Shown here in pieces: positions 22,430-24,000 of a stretch of DNA of 24,000 nt (position 1 is its first letter; each line of letters opens with the position of its first letter). Origin of the DNA: Aquificaceae bacterium (GTDB lineage: Bacteria; Aquificota; Aquificia; Aquificales; Aquificaceae). The position numbers were made by a program, and so were the translations under genes. Location: the NCBI GenBank assembly GCA_027079305.1, contig JALWVU010000030.1:23922-47921 (forward strand), read 5' to 3'. The notes beneath the pieces are model-generated. The model saw nothing but the letters and a program-made list of their open reading frames with translations. It made no database searches and was not told the origin of the DNA.

Positions 22430-23794
22430 TCAAAACAGACTCGTCGTATCCTTTCTCTGGTCTTTTTTTTTCCGAGGCTCGAAAACTATCTGGGGAACTT
22501 GCCTCTTTAGCTTCTCGAATTCCTCTTTAAAGGTTTCGTAGTCCTTCTCCTCTATTTCGAAGATAACCTTACCGTCCTCCTCTCTCCTGCCGGCCCTCTC
22601 TATAGCCTTGTAAGCGAGGGGAGATAGACCTGACCTTATCTTTTCCTCTAAGCTCTCCTCCCTTTTGGGTTCACCGCTTAACTCTTGGGGAACTTTCGTC
22701 AGGGCCTTAGATACGGGAAGGATTTCCTTAACTATCAGGGTTTTGATCACCGCAAGTTCGTAAGCGTCGAGGGCCGGTCTTGTGCGTGCCTCCAGTCTTC
22801 CCCTGTTCACTATATTTTCAAGGTAGAGAAGTGCTTCCAGAGGGTAGTCTCTAAACTCCTCATAGCTCTCCGTGTTCTCTAATACACCTGTGGGATCCTT
22901 GAGACTTTTAAAGAGTAAAGCGTTCCTAACCTCTTCCTCGAGCATATCCCAGAATTTAGAGAGGTTATAGCCCTTGTTGTAAAGGTCTCTGAGCTCCTGG
23001 ATAGCTTCGTCCACCTTGGATTCCAGGAGGAGCTTCATGAATCCACTGACCTTGTCCACACTCAGTATACCCAGGAAGGACTCCACCACCTCTCGGTTTA
23101 CCTTACCCTCTCCGAATACGCTCGCCTGATCGAGCAATGAAGCTGCGTCCCTCATACACCCTTCCGAGGCCCTCGCTATTGCACTGAGGGCTTCCTCCTC
23201 ACACTCTAATTTCTCCTGATCGCAGATCTTCTTCAGGTAAGCCTTTATGTTCTCTTCCCTGACCCTGCCGAAGATTATTCTCTGACAACGGGAGAGGATC
23301 GTGGGAATGATCTTGTCGTATTCGGTCGTGCAGAGGATGAAGACCGTTCGCGGTGGAGGCTCCTCAAGTGTTTTCAAAAGGGCGTTGAAGGCCTCCTTGG
23401 TGAGCATGTGGGCCTCGTCTATTATGTAGACCTTGAAATTTCCCTTTATAGGAGTGTAGGAGACTGCTTCCTTTATGGCCCTGATGTCGTCTATCCCCCT
23501 GTTGGAGGCTGCGTCCATCTCTATAAGATCTGGAAAGTTCCCCCTGTCTATTTCAAGGCAGTTCTCACACTTCCCGCAGGGCTCCCCGTCCTTGGGATTG
23601 ATGCAGTTGAGGGCCTTAGCAAGTATCCTCGCAACGGTAGTTTTACCCACACCCCTCGGGCCTGCGAATATGTAGGCGTGGGCTACTTTCCCCGATCTGA
23701 CCGCGTTCTTGAGTATCCTTACCGGAACCTCCTGACCGATGACCTCCGAGAAGAACCTGGGCCTGTATTTGCGTGCGAAGGGAACGTAGGTCAT
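22430..23794 (-). CDS. dnaX: DNA polymerase III clamp-loader subunit DnaX (gamma/tau), frame-0 product 454 aa
   Basis: ARKYRPRFFSEVIGQE, Walker A GPRGVGKTT, zinc module CGKCENC, DEAHML, SRC motif (TILSRCQ). ATG 23794 is preferred over TTG 23797 because it overlaps the upstream gene's stop (ATGA coupling). See the finding on the A9 tract near the 3' end. Confidence 0.93.
   Translation of the reverse strand: MTYVPFARKYRPRFFSEVIGQEVPVRILKNAVRSGKVAHAYIFAGPRGVGKTTVARILAKALNCINPKDGEPCGKCENCLEIDRGNFPDLIEMDAASNRGIDDIRAIKEAVSYTPIKGNFKVYIIDEAHMLTKEAFNALLKTLEEPPPRTVFILCTTEYDKIIPTILSRCQRIIFGRVREENIKAYLKKICDQEKLECEEEALSAIARASEGCMRDAASLLDQASVFGEGKVNREVVESFLGILSVDKVSGFMKLLLESKVDEAIQELRDLYNKGYNLSKFWDMLEEEVRNALLFKSLKDPTGVLENTESYEEFRDYPLEALLYLENIVNRGRLEARTRPALDAYELAVIKTLIVKEILPVSKALTKVPQELSGEPKREESLEEKIRSGLSPLAYKAIERAGRREEDGKVIFEIEEKDYETFKEEFEKLKRQVPQIVFEPRKKKDQRKDTTSLF
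22463..22471 (-). other. A9 homopolymer (AAA AAA AAA) in dnaX, candidate slippage or -1 frameshift site
   Basis: Nine consecutive T on the + strand, read as Lys-Lys-Lys 11 codons before the frame-0 stop. The -1 frame stays open for 28 codons, to the stop at 22377-22379. Confidence 0.5.
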
Positions 23795-24000
23795 CAATGC
23801 CCTCTTTCCGCGTATTTGCTTATCTGCTCCTCCAGGAATACAAGTATAAGAGGAATCTGCTTCTTTATGTCATCGTCGCTTATGTTTTCCCCTTTAAGCT
23901 CGTCGGTTAGCTCTCCGAGTATCTTAAGCAGGCCGGCGTAGAACTCTTTTGGAGATATCTTTCCCTGTTTCCTTGACTCCTTCAGCTGTTCGAGCTCTTC
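23794..24000 (-). CDS. Hypothetical protein, C-terminal 68 aa only (gene continues beyond the window)
   Basis: My own translation of the minus strand is open from the window edge: EELEQLKESRKQGKISPKEFYAGLLKILGELTDELKGENISDDDIKKQIPLILVFLEEQISKYAERGH*. Its TGA overlaps the dnaX ATG. I recognise no family. Confidence 0.5.
   Translation of the reverse strand, partial: EELEQLKESRKQGKISPKEFYAGLLKILGELTDELKGENISDDDIKKQIPLILVFLEEQISKYAERGH

Noticed and set aside
22394-22432. Possible TGA read-through fusing DnaX to the downstream 87-aa ORF, which is in the same frame and separated by a single TGA plus 12 sense codons
   Set aside because: The downstream ORF has its own well-placed SD (AAGGTGG). The 12-codon linker (RSWNSSTPRWSG) looks non-coding. 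The -1 frame explanation recovers a tau-like tail, so the shared frame is probably coincidence. It remains worth a glance in proteomics data.
23408-23941. 177-aa + strand ORF overlapping the dnaX 5' region and the upstream partial gene
   Set aside because: It is antisense to the DnaX Walker A/zinc-module region and to an open minus-strand frame that is translationally coupled to dnaX. It has no motifs and is a shadow ORF.
1-24000. Search for CRISPR arrays, tRNA/rRNA genes, transposases, integrases, long inverted repeats and toxin-antitoxin or defence-type gene pairs
   Set aside because: The intergenic space is tiny, and the largest gaps (about 100 bp at 2460-2559, 185 bp at 16348-16532, 69 bp at 13957-14025) contain no repeat-spacer structure or cloverleaf-like sequence. 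The only mobile elements are the two inteins. The PIN protein is paired with an RNA ligase rather than a small antitoxin gene.

Overview
Compact, gene-dense chromosomal window (about 22 genes, many overlapping or abutting) from what looks like a thermophilic, Aquificae-like bacterium. That assignment is an inference from AGG/GAG/AAG-rich codon usage and gene content, not proven. Housekeeping genes: hemD (partial), lpxC, a di-haem cytochrome c peroxidase, an ArsA/Get3-like ATPase, a ClC channel with CBS domains, rtcA, gyrA, purS, purQ, argB, tldD and dnaX. Five regions stand out. (1) A sigma-54 response regulator and a soluble Cys-rich PAS histidine kinase sit next to a near-consensus sigma-54 promoter with upstream tandem repeats. 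The promoter drives three Tat-signal genes: an FCSD/FccB-like flavoprotein, a Rieske-type [2Fe-2S] protein and a second FCSD-like paralog, with no c-type cytochrome gene in this cluster (the only CxxCH protein in the window is the unrelated peroxidase at 1383..2459). This is my best candidate for an undescribed periplasmic sulfur-oxidising module. (2) gyrA is a 1628-codon precursor with two LAGLIDADG inteins that bracket a 50-aa extein island carrying the quinolone-resistance helix and the catalytic Tyr. (3) dnaX has an A9 tract 11 codons before its stop, and the -1 frame encodes a tau-like C-terminal tail. (4) A Pab1020-type RNA ligase is convergently overlapped by its PIN-domain partner gene of unknown function. 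(5) The gyrA C-terminal domain lacks a recognisable GyrA box. I saw no CRISPR array, rRNA, tRNA or transposase. Most long antisense ORFs in the track are compositional artefacts.
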